The translations under genes were made by a program, and so were the position numbers. This document shows, piece by piece, positions 1 to 9,415 of a stretch of 35,282 nucleotides of DNA. Origin of the DNA: a virus (lineage: Duplodnaviria > Caudoviricetes). Where the stretch lies: positions 1 to 35,282 of the IMG/VR virus record IMGVR_UViG_3300027800_000034, one strand, 5' to 3'. The notes beneath the pieces were generated by a model. It was given only the letters and a program-made list of their open reading frames with translations, did no database searches and had not been told where the DNA came from. Within the stretch, counting starts at the first letter, position 1. The number at the start of each line of letters is the position of its first letter.

Positions 1-7
1 AAATGAT

Positions 8-133
8 TATTTGTACCTTTTGGTTTTTATTATACATTATTACTGCGTAATTTTCAAGCGGTTATAAAACAGCCCGATATAATCATTTGCAGTGTCTTGG
101 TTTCCATCAATTCCATATTGACGGCCTATTTTT
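8..133. repeat. 126-bp terminal direct repeat, left copy (circular assembly overlap)
   Basis: tatttgtacc...cggcctattttt is identical to 35157-35282. Joining the ends gives a continuous intergenic region between the 2322-aa and 788-aa genes. Confidence 0.95.
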
Positions 134-3100
134 CGGCCAATTCCAGTTTTGGGCAATCCAACATCAAGTTCATCAAGTCTCAAATCACCAGTGCCAGCCT
201 CTTTGTTTCCTATTCTGATAATGTTTCTGGCCAGAGCAGGAACCAGTTTATTTGTTTGAGTGTATCCCCAGTCAGCAACGTATCTGACACCTTTGTCGCC
301 ATTTGTGACAGCCTGCATCAATCCGGCAGCGTCCATATCACCCAATAATGGTATATCATTGATAACCCCAGGTAATGCGCCTTTGCCACCGCGAGATCTT
401 ATAGACATATAAGTTCTTAAAGCGGTTGATAATGGCCCAAACGCCCCCATACTGATTGCAACACCACCAACGCCGTTTCTATCTGCGCCAATTATAATTG
501 AATCATAGCCCTTGCCTGGATCATACGACTGACCTGGCACCCATGGTGGTTCATAATCAAGACTTGCACCAAGTGCGGCACATAATCCCTCTAATGCTGC
601 GACAGTTAATGCCATTGTTTGAAAGTGTCTAAAATCTATACGTTGTTGAATTGTTAATCCTGTGCCTGTAATAGGATTATATTTGCCTTGTACAAACTTT
701 GCTCCAACACTAAATGGTGACCATGTAGCTCTTATTCCCAGTTCCACTAAGTTTGATGGTGTTTTTACAAATGGTGCAATAAGAGTTCCAAGTCCAGTCT
801 CGGTTGTTCCAAGCCCGACTTTAGCACCACTATAGTTTATTGCAGATCTGATTTTATTGACCATGCCTGCCAGTACGCCATTTTGTTGAAATACTGCGAT
901 GTTTGCGACCTCTAATGCCTCTAAGCGTCTTTCATAGGCTTTGTTTTTTTGACCTTTCCCTGGTTGTTGTTGGATCTTCAAATAGTCTTGAAAGTTCTTT
1001 TTTGCTAATTCATGATCTATAACACCATCTTTGGTTGCGTCTTGGGTTGCCATTGCGGCAGCTGCACTCAAGAAAGAATCTCTTCTGAATAAAAAGTCAG
1101 AGAAAGCCAGAGACTGCAATGGGTTTATGTTTTTAACCGTTCCTAACAATGTTTGACTTTTTATTTCTTCAATACTGCCATCTTTCCCCATTTTTACGGC
1201 ATTAACAGGGTTATCTCTGGTTTTATATTTTTCCCCATGGATAAATGATGCAGATGATGTATTGGCCATTCCAGGTAAAGACATACCAGATGCCAAATAA
1301 ATAGCCGTTAATCGTTCATTCTCTTTCTGTATCATATCTTCGGATATAACAGATTCCCCATATTGTGCTTTAATTGCAGACTTCACAATAGCTTTTTCTG
1401 CAGTATTGGATACATAATTAACCGTATGGGTTCCAAACGATGATAACATAGCCTGTGCTGCCCATTGACCAAAGATTTTATCACCCCAGGTTGGTTTGGC
1501 ATTTGTATCAACAAAAGAGTTCCAGTCTTTAATCACTAATGCTGCAGCGGCAGCTCTTTTTGGATCTTCATCGTTGATATCACGGCTGGCCACTTGTGCT
1601 GCTTCTGATTTTTCTCGTAATTGTTTTATCTTTTCCACATTTGGTGCAGATCCAGCAATTTCTTCTTTGATCAGCTTCTCTGCAACGGCAATAAATTTTT
1701 CTTTACTGGTTATCTTGGCCAAGCTTGATATATCAATCTGAGTCAATAAAGTGTCTATACCAGTGAATTTTAATGATGCTGCACCCAATAATCCCCTTAA
1801 TTCAGCCTCTTTACGCTTTATATCAGTAATTTCTGCGATATGAGCATGCTGTCTTGCAAATGCAAGTATATCATCATTGAGCTTTTGGATTGCCATTTCA
1901 TCACTACCCGCATATTTTATTGCGGCGTTTCGTTCCATAACTTCAGATATGCGAGCCAGTCCGTCCAAATACATTGCATACGAATCTTCATTATGCATAC
2001 CAAGTTGCTTTCCGGCCGATTTACGTGTCATAGCAATGTTATGGTGTAGCTTTTCGTATTCATCACTGCCCTTTTGGATATTTTTACTTTCCATAAGAGC
2101 AAGTATCAGTGCTTCGCGATCGCCATTAAATTCAATGCTTGGCGCAAGAGGATCGTCAAAGGCTATCTCTAATGCCTTGGCTGGATCTCGCTTTACAAAT
2201 TTCTCGGCTATTTCCTGGATTTCTGTCTTTTTCTGCTTGCCGATAGCCCACCACGATGGCCGTTTGTCTGTCTGCTTGGCTATCTCGTTCATAGCACTGG
2301 CCTCGGATTGAATTGCCAACACATGGCCAGATATATCTGCCCGATCAGATGGATTCATGGATTCTTTGATTGCTTTATCCAGATCTTGGTCTGCCTGGTC
2401 CTGTTCGTTTTGAGCATTATCAATCTGTTTTTGGCGATCAACCATCGTTTCTGCATAACTTGGAATAGGATTATTATCAACCACCGGGTTAGAGGACAGA
2501 TCTTTATCTGGCCCAGCACTGATTCGTGGCAATACCCCATTTTGATACCAGGCGTTAAAGAAATTTACAGCGCGCGTATCAAGTACTGGGTTTATAATAC
2601 GACCTTTGCTGTCTTTATATCCGATATTTCTAATTGATTCATATTTCGCTGGCACCCAGTTCAGATATGCTGTCATTGGCAGAGACATGCCCGATGGGAT
2701 CGGCGCAAGTCCAAAGATAACGGCTTCAGTCATGGTTGCAAATGCTTCGTGTTGTTCCATTGTGAGGGATTTTTGGTTCAGTCCGATACCCAACATAGAA
2801 AACATTGTCATTGTTTCGTTTGTAAATTCCATGTTTTCAGAATACTTGCCAAAGTTCCACATATCAAACATTGTCTGCAGCCAAAAATGTGCCATTTCAT
2901 GAGGCAGCGTTCCGGTATTAGAGTTTTTGCCCAGTACGATAACATTCAGTTCTGGATCATAGAATCCGTTGGCTTGTTTCCCCTGGCGAAATTGTGCCAA
3001 TTTTGATTGTGCGTTATTCAATGCTCCGCGTATGGCCGATTGAACTTTTGAAAAGTCTGTTTTCTCTAAAACTTTATTATAATTTCCGACCTCAATACGT

Positions 3101-6100
3101 ATTTCATCAGAATTTTTATCAACAATCTCTTCTATAACTTTCCATTGTGCTGCGGTTGGCATTGTTTCGGTATTAATGCTTCCTAAACTGCCATCTATTC
3201 TAATCGCCCCTCCAGATAAAAATGTTTCCATATCAACATCAAAATCAGTGGATTCGTAGGCGTCTATTATTTCTCTATGATCTATAGTTCTGGTACTCCC
3301 ATCACTTCCTTGATTTTTTCCAGAAAAATCTAATAATGTTCCATCCGGTAAAATATATCCAGCAAGATCCAAGTCTTCAGTTGTGCCAAAATAGTCTTTT
3401 GCTTTTTCAAAATCAACGGATTGAACTTCTGATTGATAATAAATGTTTCCAGTTGCAGAACTGAAAGCGCCGGTGTTATTTATTGATTTTATTTGATTTG
3501 GTTCAAAGGCTATATATTCTATATCAAATACTTCACTATTATTTACAATAACTCCATCATACCCGTCATCTTTTAAAAGTTTAGCAAATAGGGCAGAATT
3601 TTCTAATTCTAATTTAGAATTACTGAAATCGCCGGATAATCTATTATTAGAATTATTTATTTTTACACCAAGATTTTTATATTTAGAAAAATCAGTATTA
3701 TTATCTATAATGAATGGTGTTTTAATAGTCAAATATACTGGCATAGAAGTAGAGCCGAACCCAGTCTCGGAATTTGAAAAATAAAATCCTTTACCATAGA
3801 ATCCTGCGTCTGTTTTTTGTTGTACATTTTTATCAAAAGTATCAAATTTGGCATTTGTTCCATGATAAACAACCAATGGATTTCCATCTTTATCAACGAC
3901 TTTGCTATCACCGAACCACTTTTTAAAGTTTTCTGTTTTAATTATATCTGACTGAAATAAGAATTGCTGGCCGGTCTGTTTTACATTTTCGTTGATAACT
4001 GCCAATTCTTTGATTTCGTCATCCTGGACCAATACAATAGAATCAAAACCTTGTAATTTTGCCTCGGCAATATCCTTGGCGTCAAACAATTCATTGACCA
4101 CCAGTGGATTACCAACATTTACCTTTACAGATTCACCAGTATCAGAGGTTGTTAATCTGCCTTTGCCGTTATCATACCAGGTTTTATCATTTATCATATT
4201 CGCTGTCGTGGTATCAGCAAACAGGTTAGGGATAATATCAATCTGGTTTAACAATACGACCTGTGGATTCTGGGCGCGCGTCAGTAAAACCGCTTTCATA
4301 TTGGTGTCAATCGCCACATCGTTTTCAAAAGCCTCTGGATAAGTCGTACTTAAAGTCTGACATAATACGTCTGCCTTACTCATCGGCGCAGCCATCGGAC
4401 TACCAAACAGATCTATTTTATCCGAAAGTTCGGCATTCTGTGAGGCAACTTCGGTGTAATAGTTAAAGAATCCAGTAATCTGCGCAGAACGGCCAAACAT
4501 AAAGTTATAAAGCAGGGCATTGTCATTAAACAGATTTGATCTTCCATCCTCAATAGAGGTCTGTGAAATTGTTCCGGCAAAATCTGCACGGCGGGATATA
4601 AATGGCAACTTTCTCAATGCGGCCAGCACATCTTCTCTTAATCCAAACTGCGGATACTGGTTTTCAAGTGTATAAAGCGCCGGCATAACCTGGTTTAATG
4701 AGGATATTGTTTTGTTCCCAAGTTCCCCCATCAAATACAATTCATCAAATAGCCTGGTATCGCCGCCCAACATCCACATCATTAAAGCGTCATTGTATCT
4801 GCGGTCCAGGGCCACTGAATCAACCCTGTCATTTGCCAAAAACAAGCCTTGACGGGATTCAATTGGGATTTTGTTCAGAAAATCTGTCTTATCGGCTGTG
4901 CCAGATAACAATTTCATATCCTGTAATGCCTGGGACGCGTGGTCAAACGCCGAGGTGGCCGACACATTGGACGCGTCAGCAACCGCGATTTGTTCTTCCG
5001 GTGATAATCCAGTCAATTCTCTTACCAGTATTGGGTTTTGCATTTTTGATACATCGTATCCAAGAGACGACAGATATTCGTGGTATTTTGTTCGTCCTGC
5101 CTCGTCAGTCATGCGCAGTATCTCATATCGGCCATTACCAGCAATCACATCGCCCTTTTCATTAACAATCGGCGCGCCATTCTGTGTGTTAAAACTGACG
5201 CCCATGTTTTCAGGTTGGATATTCGCTGCGCGCGCCTGTAAAATGGACACATCGGACTTGGTGGAGCGCGAGGCTCTGTTCTGTAATTCTTTCAGAGAAT
5301 AGTTTGGATTGACTTCGCCGGCCATGTGTGAGGCATTGATGTTGTCCATTTCAACGACTTTATAAGATATTGGCAATCTTACATCACCAACATAAATAAA
5401 TGGTGCCCCGCCAATTTCTTGTTTTATAGCTGGTGTGGCATTAAACTTCATCTTAGACACATCAATTTCGGCAATTGTATTACTGACAGCTGGTGCCAAG
5501 TTTTCAATAGCAATCTGATCAGTGCGTGCCTTTTTTTCCTGTACAGCACGGCGTTTCACAAATCGTTCGCCCTCTGTCTTTTCACGGATTTTCTGTAGAA
5601 TTTCAATTTGAGTGGTAAGTGTTTTCTTTTGAGTTGAATCCCCAGCCCCAGTCTTTGATAACCTAGTTAATTCTTGTACTTGGTTTTGTTTGGCTTGTAT
5701 TTTTGAATCTATATCGGCAGTATTTCCCAATTCTTGAGGCGCCAGATACACAACATTGTCTATTACCTGTAATTCGCCAAGATCCAAGATATCTTTTGAT
5801 TCAATGCCTAATTTGTCTGCCTGCATGAATATCTGGCCCGCAATATCGTCCGAGACAACCTGGGCATATTCTTTCATATTTTTGTTGGGATTGTTTTCTT
5901 CCCACCCGGCAGCCGTCAGTGCCGATTCAATCTTGCCGGTCAAATCTGTGTATGATTGGCCAAAGTGGTTTTCTAACTGGGATCTGGTTGCAACCTCACG
6001 TATTATTGGTGCCTTTACCTCATCTATAATATCGCTGGCTGCTTTTTTTGCATCGGTTGAACTTAATCCTTGTTTTTGATACATGGCAGCAAGAGAATCC

Positions 6101-7008
6101 CTATTAACATAATACATGCCCGCGCCAAGAGTACCACCAGCCAGAGCACCAAATACAGCACCGGTCAAAGCGTCCTTATTTACTTCGGTTAATGTTCTGT
6201 CTTCGTGGCCGGCAATTTTTCCAAACCCATATCCAGAAAATTCCTGTAAATACTCTTCTGCGCCCTCACCCATCGCACCCAGTACAGCCTGTCTCGCCGC
6301 TCTATTAACACCAGATTTTACCAATGGGCGCGTGATCATGCGTTCAACACCGAGTTTGGATTCAATGTATCCAGATACTACACCATGCGCCACTGCCAAA
6401 ACATCATCAGCCTTGGATTGGCCGCGCAGTGTATCATCGCCAGTTTTTGCAGCATAATCCTCTGCAAAGTCTTGAGACATCTGAGCGGTTGCTTGAACAG
6501 ATCCAGCAACAATCGGCACGGCCATTCCACCAGTTGCTAGTCCTGCGACAGCATACATTACCCCTTGTCCAATTGCATTTGCGCCAGCTGTCCAGTAAGA
6601 TCCAGCTGTCCCCTCTGATTCTTGAATTTGTCGTCTTGCGGCACCAATAGCTTTTTGATTACGAAAAACAGCGGTAAGCAATTCCTCTGATTCATCTTCA
6701 GTCATACTTGGTGAAGAGTATTTTAATCCCATCACCTGTAATTGTCCTGGTGTATCCATTAATGCAGATCCAACCTCGGTTAATCCACGACCTATTTTTG
6801 ATCCCAGGCTTGCTTCTTTTGGTGTAAATGCCGCAGAATTAGCAAACTCAACAAGTTTAGCAGAATCAATATCTCTGGCCCGAGTGGCATCATCAATATC
6901 AACACTCCATACTCTTGGGGCTTGTCTGCTCCAATAATCCAACGTACCCGGTGTTGGTACTGATTCTTCTGCAGTTATCTGGTCAAGGGTTAAAAGTTCT
7001 TCACTCAT
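40..7008 (-). CDS. Giant ejected internal virion protein (T7 gp16-like position); polyvalent protein with ddrB-like ParB, ART-PolyVal-like ADP-ribosyltransferase and zincin metallopeptidase domains
   Basis: 2322 aa, last of three internal-protein genes after the tail tubular genes. Gly/Ala-rich membrane-like N-terminal segments. Motifs: ELQNR...GAPIV..G.VIAGNGR (ParB-like); FKKWFGDSKVVD.DGNPLVVYHGT...GKGFYF...GYDGVIV...EYIAF..NQIKS (ART-PolyVal-like); GFYDP...TLPHEMAH...HEAFA (HExxH zincin). Confidence 0.85.
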   Translation of the reverse strand: MSEELLTLDQITAEESVPTPGTLDYWSRQAPRVWSVDIDDATRARDIDSAKLVEFANSAAFTPKEASLGSKIGRGLTEVGSALMDTPGQLQVMGLKYSSPSMTEDESEELLTAVFRNQKAIGAARRQIQESEGTAGSYWTAGANAIGQGVMYAVAGLATGGMAVPIVAGSVQATAQMSQDFAEDYAAKTGDDTLRGQSKADDVLAVAHGVVSGYIESKLGVERMITRPLVKSGVNRAARQAVLGAMGEGAEEYLQEFSGYGFGKIAGHEDRTLTEVNKDALTGAVFGALAGGTLGAGMYYVNRDSLAAMYQKQGLSSTDAKKAASDIIDEVKAPIIREVATRSQLENHFGQSYTDLTGKIESALTAAGWEENNPNKNMKEYAQVVSDDIAGQIFMQADKLGIESKDILDLGELQVIDNVVYLAPQELGNTADIDSKIQAKQNQVQELTRLSKTGAGDSTQKKTLTTQIEILQKIREKTEGERFVKRRAVQEKKARTDQIAIENLAPAVSNTIAEIDVSKMKFNATPAIKQEIGGAPFIYVGDVRLPISYKVVEMDNINASHMAGEVNPNYSLKELQNRASRSTKSDVSILQARAANIQPENMGVSFNTQNGAPIVNEKGDVIAGNGRYEILRMTDEAGRTKYHEYLSSLGYDVSKMQNPILVRELTGLSPEEQIAVADASNVSATSAFDHASQALQDMKLLSGTADKTDFLNKIPIESRQGLFLANDRVDSVALDRRYNDALMMWMLGGDTRLFDELYLMGELGNKTISSLNQVMPALYTLENQYPQFGLREDVLAALRKLPFISRRADFAGTISQTSIEDGRSNLFNDNALLYNFMFGRSAQITGFFNYYTEVASQNAELSDKIDLFGSPMAAPMSKADVLCQTLSTTYPEAFENDVAIDTNMKAVLLTRAQNPQVVLLNQIDIIPNLFADTTTANMINDKTWYDNGKGRLTTSDTGESVKVNVGNPLVVNELFDAKDIAEAKLQGFDSIVLVQDDEIKELAVINENVKQTGQQFLFQSDIIKTENFKKWFGDSKVVDKDGNPLVVYHGTNAKFDTFDKNVQQKTDAGFYGKGFYFSNSETGFGSTSMPVYLTIKTPFIIDNNTDFSKYKNLGVKINNSNNRLSGDFSNSKLELENSALFAKLLKDDGYDGVIVNNSEVFDIEYIAFEPNQIKSINNTGAFSSATGNIYYQSEVQSVDFEKAKDYFGTTEDLDLAGYILPDGTLLDFSGKNQGSDGSTRTIDHREIIDAYESTDFDVDMETFLSGGAIRIDGSLGSINTETMPTAAQWKVIEEIVDKNSDEIRIEVGNYNKVLEKTDFSKVQSAIRGALNNAQSKLAQFRQGKQANGFYDPELNVIVLGKNSNTGTLPHEMAHFWLQTMFDMWNFGKYSENMEFTNETMTMFSMLGIGLNQKSLTMEQHEAFATMTEAVIFGLAPIPSGMSLPMTAYLNWVPAKYESIRNIGYKDSKGRIINPVLDTRAVNFFNAWYQNGVLPRISAGPDKDLSSNPVVDNNPIPSYAETMVDRQKQIDNAQNEQDQADQDLDKAIKESMNPSDRADISGHVLAIQSEASAMNEIAKQTDKRPSWWAIGKQKKTEIQEIAEKFVKRDPAKALEIAFDDPLAPSIEFNGDREALILALMESKNIQKGSDEYEKLHHNIAMTRKSAGKQLGMHNEDSYAMYLDGLARISEVMERNAAIKYAGSDEMAIQKLNDDILAFARQHAHIAEITDIKRKEAELRGLLGAASLKFTGIDTLLTQIDISSLAKITSKEKFIAVAEKLIKEEIAGSAPNVEKIKQLREKSEAAQVASRDINDEDPKRAAAAALVIKDWNSFVDTNAKPTWGDKIFGQWAAQAMLSSFGTHTVNYVSNTAEKAIVKSAIKAQYGESVISEDMIQKENERLTAIYLASGMSLPGMANTSSASFIHGEKYKTRDNPVNAVKMGKDGSIEEIKSQTLLGTVKNINPLQSLAFSDFLFRRDSFLSAAAAMATQDATKDGVIDHELAKKNFQDYLKIQQQPGKGQKNKAYERRLEALEVANIAVFQQNGVLAGMVNKIRSAINYSGAKVGLGTTETGLGTLIAPFVKTPSNLVELGIRATWSPFSVGAKFVQGKYNPITGTGLTIQQRIDFRHFQTMALTVAALEGLCAALGASLDYEPPWVPGQSYDPGKGYDSIIIGADRNGVGGVAISMGAFGPLSTALRTYMSIRSRGGKGALPGVINDIPLLGDMDAAGLMQAVTNGDKGVRYVADWGYTQTNKLVPALARNIIRIGNKEAGTGDLRLDELDVGLPKTGIGRKIGRQYGIDGNQDTANDYIGLFYNRLKITQ

Positions 7009-8612
7009 ATCTTCCTCTCAAAAATAGCATTCTTGTTATCGTAGCCCCTAAATAAATAGTTTTTATTATAAATAGCTGGAATACCATTTTTGAGATTCAG
7101 TTCCAGTCGGTCAAATTCGGCTGGTGGTATTTGATTTTGAGCCCTGGTCCGTATTGTTGCACGGTTGCCAGCTTGCAATAATTCTTGAGCCCTTTGTGGT
7201 TGACCAGAGGCTGCTGCTTGCAATGCAGCTTGGGCGTATGATAATGCAACATTGTTTGCAGACTCTTCAGCTAATGCACTGGCCCTATTTGCTGTAAATC
7301 CGGCCATCATGCGTCCGCTTTCTTGTTTGCTTTTATTGAAAGAATCCATAAACCCTTGTGGGGTGCCTATATTATCTTTGGATAAAGAGGCGTTTTCTTT
7401 CATTGTTCCATACAATTGATCGTGCAGCGCAGAATCAGAGAATAACGGCTGTAAAGCTGTAGCAAATTCTTTATCAACCAAAGCTCGGCTATAAAGAGTT
7501 ATTAATCCTTTTTTCTCATCATCGTCAAGCTTTTTATCAAAGCCCTGGCCCATTGATTGTAATGCAGTAGTGTAGGCTTGGAACCTGGCCGAGTTTCCAT
7601 TTTCGTCTTCGGCACCGTTCATTATGATTTCTTGCGCGGCATTTAATCCATGTAAAAATGTTGCTTGATTGCGGATATCAATTGGATCTGTAGTAACATC
7701 AGATGATTTTAATACAGTGGCAACATCTTTGTTAATTAATCCATTCTCTTGCCAACGTTCAATTTTATTATCCAGGTACGCTGTTTGTAATTTCGCAGTT
7801 TCATAGTTAGACCGATTAAAAACAGGGTTCTTCATATCTTCCCCAACCCGCTTTAATTCCCCTTTCGCATAGTCTAATGATTTTGTGTATGTTCGCCGAT
7901 CCATGGCAGACTGGCCCATGTATTCTTCGCTATTTAACATAAATTTAGTGTAATAGTCTTTGGCTTCATCTGGGGATTCTAAAAGCATTCTATCAAAGAA
8001 TTTTTGGAAGCCATTTAATTTACGGCCTTGCAATGATGCGAACTCTTTTCTTTGACTTTCGGAAAATACAGGTTTACCAGATGTGTCTCGCAATTGAGAC
8101 ATCTTCATTATTTCCATAGCATCTTTGTTAAAGATTTCCACATCAATCGGACGCTTTTCTTCGCCTGGGCTTTTGTTATAATTTAATACCCCAACATAGT
8201 TATCTTCGTACCGATCCAAAAGATTTGCAATGTTTGCCTGTGCCATCTCTTGGTTTTGTAAATCGCGGGCATCATCTTGGTTTTTTTGTGCCTTGCTGGC
8301 CAATGCTAATGAATCCAGGTAAAAACTAGCGGTCATGTTATTTCGCAGATCTTCTGGCATATCATCTGGCAATATCTTGGTGGCAATATCTTTTAATGCA
8401 ACACCGAGTGCAACTGGATTGGTTGAATTGTTACGAAAGGCTGCCTGTGACATTTGGGCCCAGGACGTTTGAGCATAGAGTTTATAATTTTGTGCTGCTG
8501 ACTGTATCTGAGCATCACCCATTTTGCCAAATGCAGAAAAATCCACCGGCGTTTGTTTTATATTCAATGCGCCTGGTGCTTGTGGTGTATTTGGTGCTAT
8601 ACTTCCTGCCAT
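7005..8612 (-). CDS. Internal virion (ejection) protein, T7 gp15-like position
   Basis: 535-aa, helical, Ala/Gln-rich ORF between the gp14-like gene and the giant protein. The call rests on synteny. Confidence 0.6.
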   Translation of the reverse strand: MAGSIAPNTPQAPGALNIKQTPVDFSAFGKMGDAQIQSAAQNYKLYAQTSWAQMSQAAFRNNSTNPVALGVALKDIATKILPDDMPEDLRNNMTASFYLDSLALASKAQKNQDDARDLQNQEMAQANIANLLDRYEDNYVGVLNYNKSPGEEKRPIDVEIFNKDAMEIMKMSQLRDTSGKPVFSESQRKEFASLQGRKLNGFQKFFDRMLLESPDEAKDYYTKFMLNSEEYMGQSAMDRRTYTKSLDYAKGELKRVGEDMKNPVFNRSNYETAKLQTAYLDNKIERWQENGLINKDVATVLKSSDVTTDPIDIRNQATFLHGLNAAQEIIMNGAEDENGNSARFQAYTTALQSMGQGFDKKLDDDEKKGLITLYSRALVDKEFATALQPLFSDSALHDQLYGTMKENASLSKDNIGTPQGFMDSFNKSKQESGRMMAGFTANRASALAEESANNVALSYAQAALQAAASGQPQRAQELLQAGNRATIRTRAQNQIPPAEFDRLELNLKNGIPAIYNKNYLFRGYDNKNAIFERKI

Positions 8613-8615
8613 TTT

Positions 8616-9413
8616 TTATCCCCCGTATACTGATTTTGAAAGAGAACTTTTACCAAAGGTTTCTGGGAATAACGAACCCCAAGACTGCATCGTTCCTCCT
8701 CCAGTCGCCCCCATAAACCCAAGATTAGCCAAGCTTCCAGCAAAATTCACCCAAGCAGCATCTTTGTTTGCTTTGTACGCAACATTTGCTTGTGCTTTTT
8801 GGTTTTCTAAAATGATATCTTGTAATCTTTTGTTACTATCTATTGTGTCAAAGTCTTCTTGAACATCAACCGCTGTGGATTTATTCTCTTCTAAAGTGTT
8901 TGCCAAAGATACTTTTAACCCACGTGCAGCCTGGTTGACTTGTGTTCTTGCAACCAGAGAATTAAAACGACTTTGCAATTGAGTTTTAACATTTATTGCC
9001 TGGTTTTCAATAGCGGCCATCTGATTTTCTGCGTTAAGGACTGCATTATCCCGTTGTTCGCGAGCTCTTTTGGTTCCACTTGTAATTCCCATTACTGAAT
9101 TAAAAACATCACCAGCTGATTGGCCCATATTTAACATGGCCCCCATTCTTTGTTTTTCTCTGGCCTGTCCCAAAAAATCTGCCCACATGGCATTTGATTC
9201 ATTTGCTGCTTTCAATGGTGTGCTGGCATTACCAACTCCCATGAGATCAAAAGATCCTGGATCATAATCAAGATCAAGATTAAATAGAGACCAGTCAAAG
9301 TCCGACAAAACATCTTTTGGTGCTTCGTAAAGATCTAAAGCTCCAGGGCCGGTATATCCGACATCAAAACCTTTTGCCTGCGGTGCTGTTAAAGATAAAA
9401 AATCACTTGCCAT
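8616..9413 (-). CDS. Internal virion (ejection) protein, T7 gp14-like position
   Basis: 265 aa with a coiled-coil core (AREQRDNAVLNAENQ) and Gly-rich amphipathic ends. Lies directly after tail tubular B. Confidence 0.6.
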   Translation of the reverse strand: MASDFLSLTAPQAKGFDVGYTGPGALDLYEAPKDVLSDFDWSLFNLDLDYDPGSFDLMGVGNASTPLKAANESNAMWADFLGQAREKQRMGAMLNMGQSAGDVFNSVMGITSGTKRAREQRDNAVLNAENQMAAIENQAINVKTQLQSRFNSLVARTQVNQAARGLKVSLANTLEENKSTAVDVQEDFDTIDSNKRLQDIILENQKAQANVAYKANKDAAWVNFAGSLANLGFMGATGGGTMQSWGSLFPETFGKSSLSKSVYGG

Positions 9414-9415
9414 TT

